Shown one piece after another: positions 1 to 14,065 of a stretch of DNA of 64,000 nucleotides (position 1 is the first letter of the stretch; every line of letters begins with the position of its first letter). The stretch spans positions 70,990,001-71,054,000 of the forward strand of contig NW_027266286.1 in assembly GCF_022045235.1 (NCBI RefSeq), read 5' to 3'. Origin of the DNA: Haliotis cracherodii (taxonomy: Eukaryota). The notes under the pieces were generated by a model, which did no database searches, had not been told where the DNA came from, and saw only the letters and a program-made list of their open reading frames with translations. Position numbers and translations under genes: made by a program.

Positions 1-1089
1 GATCCTCCTCGGCGAACTTAAACGTCACATAAAGAGCTAGAAATGTGTATGTGAAGTTGCCATGGCAGCCATACCCATACACATGACCCACCATCTCGTA
101 TTCAGTGTATGAAAACAAAATAGTTTCATAGTCTTTAGTAAACAATGACTGGCATATAGCACCGTCTTAGTTACTACCTTCTGTAACAAATCAGATCAAA
201 GGGGCGTGAAAAGGATCCATATAAACCCTGACTTTTTTGCACTGTTTTCATGAAGCGAACACAACTAAGGGGGCCACCATTAGGTATTCTAGCAGAGGCT
301 GTGGCCTTCGGTATCAACAAATGCCATATGTTCTGAAAATAATATATCGCCATAATTTTTATAACGCATGCTTGTAAGATATATGTTTCGTTTTACAATT
401 GCACTAAATATAAAATGTCAACGCCAGAGAATATTGGTCTTGATTATCTGCCCAAACAGATTCCATTGGTCGAAAAGTCGAAATAGCAGTGAAAATTATA
501 TGAAAAAATCACTGAAAATCAGTGATGACACCAGGTGTTTGCGAAGAGGGTGAGCATGCCCTGCCCTATCGGCAGCACCCGCCACTCACACAATGTGCAT
601 AACAAAGTAAGTGTGTTTTGTTGCCTGGCTCCTCCTTTGAGGGGAAACAATTTTATGTCTTCAACACCTGACGGAAGTAAAGTTTGCCGCAAACAAAAAT
701 GCCAGCTCCTAGAAGGAATACTAAATGGTCGATCCTTAAATCAATCACAATTTCTACTTACCTTCTTACACGTCCCTTGGATCTGACCCATAACACCTCC
801 TCAGTTCGGGTAGTAATTAAAACTAGTAAAACCACCTGCCTATACGCACTGTGTATCATGTCACAATACCACCACGGAGAAATGAAATACAATCTTATTT
901 CATTGCAGGTTTGTACATATGATTAAGGAACGAGTGAGATACCTTGCCAGAAATACCTAACGACCCCCTAATCTTGTCTTTATCAAAGCGTGTCAACAAT
1001 CGGGACCTCCCGTCCAACTCCACAAGTCTACTTGTACGACTCATGGCAAACGCCTTCATAAATGAAATGACTGCTCACAGAACAACACA
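1..1089 (+). repeat. Direct duplication, copy 1 (partner 3935-4954)
   Basis: Near-identical sequence with small indels; extends off the left window edge. Confidence 0.95.
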
Positions 1090-2757
1090 TTTTGACCAAA
1101 GGCAAGGATCATTCGTAAACAATGCGGTACAAAACAATATCATTATATTAGGTACAATTGTACTAGAAAGGTATGTCAACAGCAATGTTCGTCATATTAA
1201 GCACAATACATTGCTGACTACACTGTAAGCCAGATGTGCTATTACTAGAGTAATTCTACAGAATTACAATGCCAGCAAGCCAGAAGCTTTGTATCCTGTA
1301 CAATTGTTGAGAAAGTGAAAGGCAAGTATGTGCCATTTGATCCCCGAGAAGGCCTGGCAAGGGCTATTTATCTCGATAATGTCGCTGTCATGTCATGCGG
1401 GACCTTGTACAATGCATCCAGGTCTGACGTTTGTCACCTTGCCACCTTGCCACCTTGCCATATGGCATGTAGGTAGATTGGGGTAGAGCTGTACCAATTG
1501 GAATCATGTCTACTCACAGTAATGGCGTACGGAGGGTAGACAGACAGACGGACATACACAGACAGACATTTAATCAAACAAGTATGAAACGTCAACGTCA
1601 GGGAATAACAAGCCTCGAATATTTGCTCAAACAGATCCATTGGGAGCAAAAGGCACAATAGCGGTGAACATTATATAAATGATCACTGAGGGTCAGCGAT
1701 GCCACCAGGTGTTCAGAAAAAGGGTAAACATGTCCTGCCCTATCGATACCTGAAGGCCAACTGCCAATACTACATACAAAGATATGACGGATATACCAAT
1801 GTGCATGCTGAGATATATCTATGTATTATGGGTTTCCGTCATACAAATACTTTATCTGAAAATAAGCCAAAATTCTATAGTTCATGACTATGAGTAGATT
1901 CCATGAGCTTTGGTTAATAATATGCTTAACACGATGAATTAACTGATATAATTGAAGCGTGTTTCCGTTGAACTACTAGCCTTCTCGTGACAATCATTAG
2001 CTGAAATATCCTGAAATAACCATAGGCTGTAACTTTAACAGATAATATGCAAATCCGTGTACTTCGAGTTACGTTTATAACAAACCATATGAAACATAAC
2101 AATATATCTGACTGCATCCGTTTTAATCACAACTGTCTAATTCATGTGCCATCAAGAAATATTTAGTACAACGGCACGCATCTATTCACATCGAAATACG
2201 GCGCCTGAAATTAGACAATGGTCCCCTAAAATTGCATCGTATCATGTTTCATATCACGACAGTAATATCGAGATTGGCATGATATAAGTGTATTATCACA
2301 GTCCTACCCCTAGGTCAGTATAACAAGGGACCCATGACCTACAGCTCTGGTATGTTATCGTTATATTCCACAACAATGCTGTACATTGTGCCCAGGATAT
2401 CAACTGTCAGTGAGGGTGCTATTGTTATCAGCACAGCTAGAGCCGTGACCAGCGAACACTAAAGGAGATAGCCGGCAGTACTGAACAAACATTGGTTTTG
2501 ATATAATATCCTACAATGTCACAGAATTACACGTAATCGCGATACATATGTAGGAGGTATTGTGATAGAATCTGTCTTGTCAACATGGAAAAGAAAATAT
2601 ATGTAATATATATATATATCACCGTTTAGTTGATGTAGGTTTATGTAAAGGTTTAAATATATTCTTAATATCAACAAATCGTTGATGAATCCTTCATAAT
2701 TTGATCTACCTTCCTGTCCACACAGCTGCTGAGTTTCATATTGGACGAATGCAAGTA

Positions 2758-2926
2758 GAGAGTGAGTTGGTATTATTTTACGCCGCTTTTAGCAATATTC
2801 CAGCAATATCACGGCGGGGAACACCAGAAATGGGCTTCACACATTGTACCCATGTGGGGAATCGAACCCGGGTCTTTGGTGTGACGAGCGAACGCTTTTA
2901 ACCACTAGGCTATCCCACCGCCCCGC
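2758..2926 (-). mobile_element. tRNA-derived SINE family 1 (~160 bp, (ACTC)n tail)
   Basis: A box TAGCCTAGTGG, B box GGTTCGATTCC; TSD AATGCAAGTA. Confidence 0.9.
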
Positions 2927-3934
2927 AATGCAAGTAATCCGCAAGTGCATATGCGCTGTACAATATGCAACCGCATCAATGAAATGATGCACATTAAATA
3001 CTAAACTCTGCATCTTTGCTGCCATAATATATAACTGAATTCTAACCATGCATTAAACTTGCCCCAGATAAGCTGCGTAAAATCCATATTGATATTAAAT
3101 TACCAAATTAATTTTGAGTTGCTTGTGGCCATAAATCCGCATAAATGATTTTAAAAAACCCCAAAACAAATAGCACTACAACACTGCATAATTAACCAAT
3201 GGCCCTTTCAGCTTGCGTGCCTGTATTTCCTTATAGATCCTTTTTTACTGGTCGAATGCAGGTATCACATTCATGGACTACACAGCAGCGAAAAATGCAC
3301 AAAGACGTCTTGCTGAGCGTAACATATATCGTGTTATGAGCTTATGTCACTTACACACTTAGGGCAGCAGATGAACAGATACAAATTAGAAGTCGTCTGA
3401 AACAGCATTTCAAGCAGAATTGTTTGGAATTTATCGTTGATTTAAAATACCCAACACACTGACCCAAGGAAGCAAAAATATATTGAATACGAGATGAAAA
3501 TATCAATACCCAATGTGAATGTTTATATGAGCGTATTTATTCAATGGGCCCAAACAGTACCTGGATCACTGCATGCATGGTACATAACAACAGAGTGCCC
3601 GTGTAATCCAATCTACGTTAAGTACTTCTCTCCTGGGTTCCCTTGAACGTTAGTGTTATCGTCTTTACATTCTATCCACAGTTGCCATGTATAGATCCTG
3701 ACAATACAGAGTACTGTTGCATACTAATATATGAGACACTGTGTACAGAAGCAAAACCCTTACTCCTGACTTACATATAGCGATGATCCCTTGTCAAACA
3801 CACAATGGGCATACGCAGGACGAAAATCCTTGTTTATATTTATAGGCATAATTAGTGTCACAACCAAAACTTAGAACTGCACTTAAATTATTCACAACAA
3901 TGTTTCCTATTTACATTGGGTAATGACGCAGCAA

Positions 3935-4954
3935 GATCCTCCTCGGCGAACTTAAACGTCACATAAAGAGCTAGAAATGTGTATGTGAAGTTGCCATGGC
4001 AGCCATACCCATACACATGACCCACCATCTCGTATTCAGTGTATGAAAACAAAATAGTTTCATAGTCTTTAGTAAACAATGACTGGCATATAGCACCGTC
4101 TTAGTTACTACCTTTTGTAACAAATCAGATCAAACGGGCGTGAAAAGGATCCATGTAAACCCAGACTTTTTTGCACTGTTTTCAAGAAGGGGGCCACCAT
4201 TAGGTATTCTAGCAGAGCCATTTTTATAACGCATGCTTGTAAGATATATGTTTTGTTTTACAATTGCACTAAATATAAAATAACAACGCCAGAGAATATT
4301 GGTCTTGATTATCTGCCCAAACAGATTGCATTGGTCGCAAAAGTCAAAATAGCAGTGAAAATTATATGAAAAAATCACTGAAAATCAGTGATGACACCAG
4401 GTGTTTGCGAAAAGGGTGAGCATGTTCTGCACCACCGGCAGCACCCGCCACTCACACAATGTGCATAACAAAGTAAGTGTGTTTTGTTGCCTGGCTCCTC
4501 CTTTGAGGGGAAACAATTTTATGTCTTCAACACCTGACGGAAGTAAAGTTTGCCGCAAACAAAAATGCCAGCTCCTAGAAGGAGTACTAAATGGTCGATC
4601 CTTAAATCAATCACAATTTCTACTTACCTTGTTACACGTCCCTTGGTTTGACCCATAACACCTCCTCAGTTCGGGTAGTAATTATAACCAGTAAAACCAC
4701 CTGCCTATACGCACTGTGTATCATGTCACAATACCACCACGGAGAAATGAAATACAATCCTATTTCATTGCAGGTTTGTACATATGATTAAGGAACGAGT
4801 GAGATACCTTGCCAGAAATACCTAACGACCCCCTAATCTTGTCTTTATCAAAGCGTGTCAACAATCGGGACCTCCCGTCCAACTCCACAAGTCTACTTGT
4901 ACGACTCATGGCAAACGCCTTCATAAATGAAATGACTGCTCACAGAACAACACA
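3935..4954 (+). repeat. Direct duplication, copy 2
   Basis: Same ORF fragments appear twice in the track (e.g. MPEIPNDPLILSLSK). Confidence 0.95.
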
Positions 4955-5289
4955 CATATGCCCTGACCGACTACTCTTCCTTGACTTGGATAGCCAAGGC
5001 TATAGACGCGTACTATGTGTAAAGAATATGGATACAAAGTGTAAATGGACGTATTCAGGGAGTAGCTATAGTGGCAATACAGCACAGAAACGACCTTTCG
5101 TGTTAGAAATGAATAGGGCAAAGAGACCAACCTTGCCTTACTCAAGTAGAAATTTCACTTACGTTACTCCAATAATACCCGGTGAACTTTAAATAGGCAA
5201 TAAACCTACCTGTTAATATACTTGTGATTCGTAGGTCTTATGAAAGACATTAAGAGTACTAAAGAGTATTCTAACATCACCGCATATGG

Positions 5290-5580
5290 CATCACAACGA
5301 TTTCTTAAAGGGGGGTTCAAATCTTGAAATGGTACAATACTGTATTTCCAAAGACTTATTGGTATTCATTATCAGGTCCGAATAAACCTTTCTATCCCAG
5401 TCTGAATGTTGTTCGACAGTATTGACCTGACTTTGTGTATCTGGACTCTTAATCGCGAAACGACGGTAAATGGGCATGACTTATTTTGAGCAGCGATGTC
5501 TTGGACTATATTTATTCACTGGATGTTACCATCCAACACACTGTATTGTGTAAACAACACCGCATTTCTTGCAAGGTGGT
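5290..5580 (-). mobile_element. Possible decayed GIY-YIG endonuclease remnant (Penelope-like element)
   Basis: Minus-strand translation CKKCGVVYTIQCVG..., then DI....PI..F and V..VE. Resembles Penelope-type GIY-YIG but is broken by stops and indels. Confidence 0.35.
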
Positions 5581-5760
5581 ACTTATGTTTTCGTCGACAG
5601 CATAGCTATGTCAATTAAAGCCCTGTATGGATTCCGAGATAGAAAAGATCCCAGTGGCCAATGCTTGTCGTAAGAACTGTCCACAGAGAATGGGTGGTTT
5701 AAATGTGTAACCCGTGTTATATTGCACCGATGGCTTGGGTCGTTCCTTTTGCTATGCGAT

Positions 5761-5925
5761 GGGGCAGCTTTGTGATTAAAGCGTTCGCTGGTCATGCCGA
5801 AGGTCCAGGTTCGATTCCCCACATTGGTACAATGAGTGAAGCCAATTTTCTGGTGTCCCCCGCCGTGATATATATTAATCGATATTCCCGAACAATACTA
5901 AAAGCGGCGTCAAACCAAACTCACT
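5761..5925 (+). mobile_element. SINE family 1
   Basis: Diverged copy with B box and ACTC tail. Confidence 0.8.
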
Positions 5926-5989
5926 TTTGCTATCGATATGAACCACTGGTTTGTCCGGCCACACTTGAGTATTAAGTGTTTGCCGTGAT

Positions 5990-6148
5990 TTTTGAGTATG
6001 GTTTTACGCCACTTTTAGCAATATACCAGCAATATCACGGCGGGGGACACCAGAAATGGGCTTCACATATTGTACCCATGTCGGGAATCGAACCCGGGTC
6101 TTCGGCGTGACGAGCGAACGCTTTAACCACTAGGCTACCCGACCGCCC
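5990..6148 (-). mobile_element. SINE family 1
   Basis: Full copy; TSD TGCCGTGAT. Confidence 0.9.
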
Positions 6149-6707
6149 TGCCGTGATATGTCGTGAATACTGCAGACAACATCGTAAAACAAACATCTAC
6201 ACTGCCACTATACGGTTTGAGGTATTACAAGTCGTGTCTAATCACTTTGATATTGAATATGTGTCAACAATGACATAGCCTAATCAAGCGTGTAGGGCAT
6301 GCAGGATTTATCCATTAGGTTCCATAAACCTCCTACTCCCAGCTGTCGTAATTAAATGTTTTGTAAACACAATGTGTGCTCTGAGCATGTATACCGGATG
6401 ATGTTTATGCTAATGACTACTCAACCTGTGTGTGCTAAATGATATATCCCCACACGTATAACATGAATATGTGTTAAAAGGCTTATCAGCAGGTCTTATC
6501 GTTTCTGGTCAATAAAATCTTTACCGTTATATTGGCACACCATTCAATGTTTATGTGCTTTGGTTGTAGCTCCTTGGTACGTATATGCCATATTTTCTCG
6601 GTAGAAGTATACGTACTCCGCCATCACACTACACTGAGTAAGTAGCTCTCTGCTTAATGGTATGCCTTACTTGACTTACGCCCCTTGTGGATTCCATGTC
6701 AGAGTAA

Positions 6708-6868
6708 GGGCGGTCACGTAGCCTAGTGATTAAAGAGTTCGCTCGTCACGCCGAAGACCCGGGTTCTATTCCCGACATGGGCACAATGTGAGAAGCCCAT
6801 TTCTGGTGTCCCCCGCCATGGTATTACTGAAATATTGCTAAAAGCGGTGTAAAATCATACTTACTCAC
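6708..6868 (+). mobile_element. SINE family 1, nested in an older family-4 element
   Basis: Full copy; TSD CCATGTCAGAGTA. Confidence 0.9.
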
Positions 6869-7116
6869 CCATGTCAGAGTAGGCCCCAGCAACTAAATGG
6901 ATCGGGTTGGTGACTTAGTTTATTGCGTGTCATCGTATCCCTATAACGTTGAACGTTGCACATAATACCAATCACTGATTTATCTGGTCGGGATTATATT
7001 CTTTTCTGTCAGCCGTCCTACCTGGACTATTGCTGAGTACGACGGTAAAAGACAAGCAAATAGACGGGCTTGATTGGCCTGTTTAATAACTTCCTGAAGG
7101 GACATTTCAAGCAATT

Positions 7117-7277
7117 GTGGGTGAGTATGGTTTTACGCCGCTTTTAGCAATATTCCAGCAATATCACGGCGGGGGACACCAATAATGGGCTTCAAACATT
7201 GTACCCATGTCGCAGAACGAACCCGGGTCTTAGGTGTGACGGGCGAACGCTTTAACCACTAGGCTACCCGACCGCCC
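7117..7277 (-). mobile_element. SINE family 1
   Basis: Full copy; TSD AAGCAATT. Confidence 0.9.
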
Positions 7278-7385
7278 AAGCAATTATGGACTTAAACATT
7301 GCTTGATGTATAGAATGGTAGGGTCTTGCTGGTTTGCAGCCCGAAAAAGCTGCATATAATCCTGTCCATCAAGAGGGCCTTTCGG

Positions 7386-7483
7386 AGTGAACGAGTGAGT
7401 ATGGTTTACCCATGTCGGTTATCGAACCCGGGTCTTCGGCGTGACGAGCGAACGCTTTAACCACTAGGCTACCCGAACACCCC
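7386..7483 (-). mobile_element. SINE family 1, internally deleted
   Basis: Head and tail fused; TSD AGGGCCTTTCGG. Confidence 0.85.
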
Positions 7484-7889
7484 AGGGCCTTTCGGGATGC
7501 CTGGTTCCATTTCATTTTTTTATGAAAGGATTATCTAATCAGGATTAGTGTCTCAAGATCTCAACAGTAAATTCAGACTTTCTGGACGTCCGCATCACCT
7601 ATAAGGTAATTAGGTCTAAAGTTGTTGTTGCTCCGGTTACGCATCGACACAGAACATTAGTCAAAAAAAATTTCATTGAGTGTATGGCAATTATGAATCT
7701 AATCTGTTTTAAGGTTGTATTTTGAAAATGATATTTGTTAAACAGTTAGTTTGTCAACCAATCGACACACATGGATTTGAAATCCATGTAATCGAATTGA
7801 CAACATGAAGCCTCAGGATTTGTTCAGTTAAGCGATTCTTCAAACAGTTACCTAACACGAATGTTTAGTGATGTCGACCAGCAGCTAAG

Positions 7890-8216
7890 TGCTGAAGCGT
7901 GAGATCATGTATCGATATCGTAGCGTTAGATAATTTATCGATATCTTAGGGTTAGATAATTTATCGATATCGCATCGCGTACACCGTACGTCAAAAAAGG
8001 ACAATTTTCCGTATGAAAATAAACTGTAAAATTGTAGTCTATCACATTTTAAAGGTATTAAACTAACATTAATGGTAATGTCTTTAACATACCATTGATA
8101 CCATACCATATACATACTATTGATTCAAGTTACAACTTCTGATGTATGGAATATCTTATAGCGATCTTACTATCGCGATACATTTCGTATCGTGACAAAA
8201 TGTATCGTACAGCCCT
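7890..8216. mobile_element. Probable non-autonomous DNA element with ATCG/CGAT-rich ends
   Basis: Clusters of TATCGAT/ATCGCGATAC motifs at both ends; right terminus GTATCGTACAGCCCT. Confidence 0.4.
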
Positions 8217-11084
8217 TTACAAAATCCTTCATTACAATTCCATGTAACGGTGTTAACAAAACGTGCTCGGCGTACTCAATAATGTACTCATTAAGGTCAA
8301 TTTGAACTATTCAGCTGAATTGCTGCTGAAAAGAAAAGCTGCTTGAAGTTATCCGTCACAACTAACCACAAGTTAATGCGGATAAATCTATCACCGTCAA
8401 ATCCCCTATGATTAGGAATTAGTAACCTACCTGTGGTACACGTCTTAACGCTGATACACATATCAGATTAATCAGAAATAAAGCACTAAGCTACTCAGAT
8501 AATGTCTTGGCTTCCGACCCAAATCTGTTGATATGACATGTGTGTGGACGGGGTTAGTGACTGTGGATCAGAGTTTGACAGAAATGGGTTTAGAACCTGG
8601 TTATCTGGCGAGTAACTGGACTCTGGAAACTGGAAACTCTGATTTATGCACAGAGTACATGAATGTTCATAATATTTGTTTCCATTTTTACTCCATAGCG
8701 ATACATCACTGAGCTTTGGTCAAAAGTTAATAACATGATCAACGATCCACAGAATGAGACCGAAATACCATTACACCCCGTTACATCATAGTGTGATCCA
8801 GATATGGGGTCCAGGTGGTCCGGACCACCCCATTTTAAAAATCAAATGTAGTGTGTTGTAGGCAGTAAAATTGACAGAGAGAGGATTTTGATATTTTGGA
8901 CCCCTCCCTTTAAAAATGCTAGATTCGCCCTTGTACAGTGTTAAAACCTGTTTATTGACTGTATTTGATAATTATCGAAAATAGCCCACACACAACAAAC
9001 CCATACAACTTAAACACGTTTCCGGTGAAATAAATGTTTATACAAAGACGGGGGGTAAATAAAAGCGTCAAAATCCTTTCCATAATCTCAGAAATCTCTG
9101 CTAAAGCAGTGTCGACTTACCATTTGGACTAATTCATGCACAAGCGTTAACGAATCACTATCAAATGGTGATGTTACCAGGTGTTTGAAATAATTCATCA
9201 TAAAACGGTCCCTAAAAATCCATTTTGACCATTGAGTCAAACTGAATATGAAATCGTTTATGATGAACAAATGCTGTTGACGTATTCACATTCATCGTCT
9301 GAGGTTAACTTCAATTGTTTGAATCAGTCTTCACGCCATGTGAAGTGAGAATCAGTTGTCTCTTTGTCAACCAAATGCAAATATCATGTTTTTAAACTGA
9401 ACAAATGGAACAATCCCATCGTTTGCATATACACACCTCTCGTATTGCTCCCTGTTTATACTACTAATGCCCTGACATAATCAGTGAAAAATATACTTAC
9501 TTTTCAGAGTCAACAGACCAACGAGTCAACCCGTCTCATGTCCGGGTGTAAAAGCAGACGACATTTCGGTTGAGAATATGCTCGCGTATTTCCAACCCGT
9601 CAAACCACTACCGCGATAAACAATCTTACTCTGCTCCACGAAACGGGCGACAGGCATCAACACTGGCCAATCTTCCGCCCGACTGATCGTCAATAAATGC
9701 CGGATCAAGTCAACCCCACATGGCCATAACGAGCAGGCCCGGCAACGACAAGGGGAGTAACTCGCACTGACAACAATGTCGTAATGAAGGTTGTGTGAAG
9801 TTATGCATCGGCATGATCGATACAAGCACTCTGTTGAATGGGGTTGTTTTTATTTGTGATTTTATGGATTAAGTGGGTCTATTGTTAGGGGAGAGTATTG
9901 AGATTTGTTTGAGTGCTCAATCTAGTGCGTTTCTGCCTTTCTACTTAAGAAATCTATTAATGTTGTGATTAAACAGCATTCAGTCTTCACAAATTACATC
10001 GTCATTAAAGGGCCACCCATAACTACATCATATGGCTGTATTAAGCTACAGTAATTTAAAAATAATGATGATGATGATGATGATGATGATAATGATGAGT
10101 GCCCTCTGTCAATTATAAGCCCATGCTTGGTGTCTCTCACTGGAATACGACTGGAATATTGTTAAAAGCAGCGAAAAACCTTACTCTCTCTCGCGTCTTC
10201 CTCAGCCAAGCTTTAACGTTGTGTGTAATTCACTTTATGAAGTAAACATCACAACTTAGACTGTCCGTGTCGGGATAACGCATAGTCAGCCATGTCAGAC
10301 ATTGTAGCCACCCGATCCCCATAACCATGGGATCTATTTAGCCCGCCTTCTCCACGGGGATCACACCCCTTTAAGTTCCACGCAGTTCCCGCTGCAAGCT
10401 GTGACCTCTGTAAGGTTACACCGACCTCATCACAAATCCTAATCACATTATGCTATATTAAGGCCTTTATTTATGCATCATGTCCTTTTATACATGGGGA
10501 GATTCAAACACCCGATAATCACGATATGAATGGGCGGTTATATAAAATGTTTGCGGTTAGGTAAATGTATATCCTTTTATTATCGCAGGGGATATTGCAA
10601 GATATGTCTAAAACTTACTGGTTATGTGATTGTGAACCTTCCTACGCCTCACAGGCAGCTTGGGTTGTATACTCCCCAGGGAGCTGAGAATTAACACTCA
10701 TCCATTGACCGGGGTAATAATAATAATAATAATAATAATGTAGGGCCATAAGCATGCACTTGGTGAATGGCGCATAATAATGGACTTATATATTATTACT
10801 ATTATCATTATTATTATTGTGAGTAGAAGTAGTAGTAGTATTTGTAGTAGTAGTGGTAGTAGTATGTAGCAGGAATATCGCTGTCTGCGGGATACAACTA
10901 CAGTCATTTACATCCACAAGGGGAGGCCGTACAGTGGAATTATACCCCAATAGTTGATATGTCAGTGACATAAAAACGGAAAGGAATCCAACACCCTTCT
11001 GCTGTATCCGTCTCTCCCGTACAAACCTCTCGTTCCAAACATTCATACACTTACTCAGTGAGATAATAAATGTGTTTTCACAAT

Positions 11085-11323
11085 GTGAGTGTGTTGGGTT
11101 TAACGCTGCTTTTAACAGCAATCAGCTTAATGTGTGAGGAAAGCCCGAAGTGATGCAGGTCTCAGACGTTTAACCCACGAGCACGGGTATGGTGCTTGCA
11201 AACCTAGAAACATAATCGGGGCGAGCCGGATTCGAACCCATAATCATAGTTTTCTGGCGTGCCCAAGGAGACGCAACTCTGCACAGCGAATCGCGGCGCC
11301 TTAGACGACTGGGCCACCCGTCC
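11085..11323 (-). mobile_element. SINE family 2
   Basis: Reverse complement of the 47131 element, with internal deletions. Confidence 0.85.
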
Positions 11324-11815
11324 TATTTTAATGTTGTCTTATCACGTAGGGCGGTTATTTCATGTTTATTGAAAAAGAGTATGCATTGTGTATATTGGTG
11401 CAATGTAGTCCCTATAATGGAAGTTGACAATTGAGTTCATTGGATAATGATAGAGAACAATGCCAATTTTGAATCTACATCTCTTTCAAAGCCTAAGTGA
11501 AACCATCTATTGAATGATCTGACATATTACTACATGAATAAATGTTTAGCGCAGTCCGAATCTACATCAGCCATCATCTGTGCTTCGTACATTTATACTA
11601 CGACCGTGCGGACATACGCCTTGTATTATCAACACTAAGCAAGGTCAGACTATTTTTGAACAACGGGAAAAGTAATAAGTTAACGCTTTCGTAAACTGAT
11701 TATTCGTGATACAAGATCAATTGTAAAAAAGAATATCGCTTTATTGACGAATATAGAATTACGCTTTCTAAGGAATAGGTAATACTTGTTCTTCGACACG
11801 TTGTGTTTCCGAAAC

Positions 11816-12480
11816 ATACTGTAGGCTCCAATACGACAGCCTTACCATACTGTATCCATATGGTAGGGCTGTCGTATTGGAGCCTTCAGTATGGTAGGGC
11901 TGTCGTATTGGAGCCTTCAGTATGGTAGGGCTGTCGTATTGGAGCCTTCAGTATGGCAAGGCTTTCGTATTGTAGCCTCCAGTATGGCAAGGCTTTCGTA
12001 TTAGAGCCTACAGTATAAGGAGCTAACAGTATATGGGGTGTCGTACTGGAGCCTACAGTATAGGGGGGTGTTGTATTGGAGCCTACAGTATAGGGGGGTG
12101 TTGTATTGGAGCCTACAGTATACAGGGTGTCGTATTGGAGCCTACTGTATATGGGTGTGGTATTGAAGCATATAGTATACTGTAGGCTCCAATACGACAC
12201 CCCGTATACTGTAGGCTCCAGTACGACACCCCGTATACTGTAGGCTCCAATACGACATCCCGTATACTCTAGGCTCCAATACGACACCCTCTATACTGTA
12301 GGCGCCAATACGACACCCCGTATACTGTAGGCTCCAATACGACACCCCGTATACTTTTGGTTTCAGTGCGACACCCCTACCATACTGTAGGCTCCAATAC
12401 GACACCCCGTATACTGTTGGCTCCAGTGCGACACCCCCTTTACTGTAGGCTCCATTACTACCCCACCCCTCTATACTGTC
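11816..12480. repeat. 29-bp minisatellite with two internal inversions
   Basis: Unit CTGTAGGCTCCAATACGACACCCCGTATA; orientation flips at ~11855 and ~12172. Confidence 0.92.
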
Positions 12481-14065
12481 CGCCCCCAGGTCGGACTACA
12501 CAGTACTTCAAGTTGTGAATTTCAGGAATGGCAGTAACAGTTTCAGTAATGTTTATCCAACACTTGCGTTTTGATAAGAGGGCAGTTTAGTTAGACACTA
12601 GAAACCATCCATGGGAAGGTAGGTAAAGGTTTAATGTCTCTGGCATTATTGCCACCGCATATTTGCCGAAATCATATATCAGTAGTGTTTACATGCTCTA
12701 GTGACGCTGTCGTTTATGTCCATGCCCTCGTCCACATATATGGATGTTCTATAAATCTCCCAGTGGTGTATGGAAGACGCATCAATTCGCTGTTCAGAGT
12801 TGGGTCCCTTAGCAGTGCTAGGATCCACTGACCGAATGTTCGAGCCCTAGATTCAGACTGATTCCGACCTATGGTATGTCAGTACCATTCCTGTGCTCAA
12901 GGGTTTCAAGTACTGCGACACGTGCCTCCGCCAACACACGGTTACGTAACTGAAATGATGTTCACGCGAACTTAACCCTGAAATAATAAAGTCATATTGG
13001 TGAAAACAAATGTCATGTGTTGTGTTCTAAATTCATTGCAAATGCGATACAGTTAAAAAGTTTTGAAAGGTTTTAGGTTGCTGTTTTATTTCTTAAATTT
13101 ACGCTTGAATCGAGCGCTTGCACGTTCAATGTGTTTATTTCTAATTATGAAACATCTTTAACTGGGTTTGTTGCGATTAATGTACACTCGTCTCCTATTA
13201 TCTTTTATTTTTTATCGAATGTTGAGATGTCGCCTATATTTGTTATAAGAGAATACCGAATATTCATTGTCATGACTCCAGTGATTTGACGGGCGCTTCT
13301 AAAGATTAGTGAGTGTAAATATTTTTAGAGTTTCCGATGGATTAGTCTGACTGACTGAGGTTGGGGATTTTCCGACTACAAGCGTATGTCGCACACGGAG
13401 ATCAGTCAATGATGGATGTTTTCCTGAAACGTTAAACGTTGATAGTTTGTTTTTCATTGATTAGACCAAGTGTATTAGGCCAGAACTATAAGTGACCAGC
13501 AGAAGTGGACCACACAAACAGTCTGAGGAACCGAGTATGCCATTTATCTGTGTTTTGTGAGGCCCTGTACTGTGAAAGGTTTCCTAGAAACTATGAATAT
13601 TATTCTACCCAGTACACAAATGTCAGAAGTGAAACCCTATTAGTCGGGAAACCTCATGCTCTGGACGTTCATATTTGGAAACATCTTTAAATATACAATG
13701 TGCATTACTCCAATACAGGATTTGTTAATCCAGATTCTTTAAAACTCTAGATTGAACTGAGAACGGTGCCGCCGGGATCAACGAAGCCGCGCTGTATATT
13801 ATGAAGCTGTAGGTCTGCCCGAAACAAGAAAAGCTTTGAGGTTGAACTTAATTTTTTAACTCATAATTTATTTTGTAGGAAGGCTAATGTTTATTTCTTT
13901 CTATTTCTTGGTATTTTATCTGCAGTGAAACAAACGGTACTGCGAAAATCAAATATATTTATATAAACGTAATTAAAAGTCTTGCATTACATTAATGATT
14001 GATTAACCTGTATTGTCTATTATGGACTATTATTAGTGGAAGTTAAAAATATCTCTCTCTCTCTT

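Noticed and set aside
2314-2450. Two small plus-strand exons (GQYNKGPMTYSS / GYQLSVRVLLL)
   Set aside because: The intron would be only ~46 nt, with no homology or further exons to support it.
6708-6790. tRNA-Asp/Leu-like genes
   Set aside because: SINE heads: they continue into shared bodies and tails, have TSDs, and lack intact acceptor stems.
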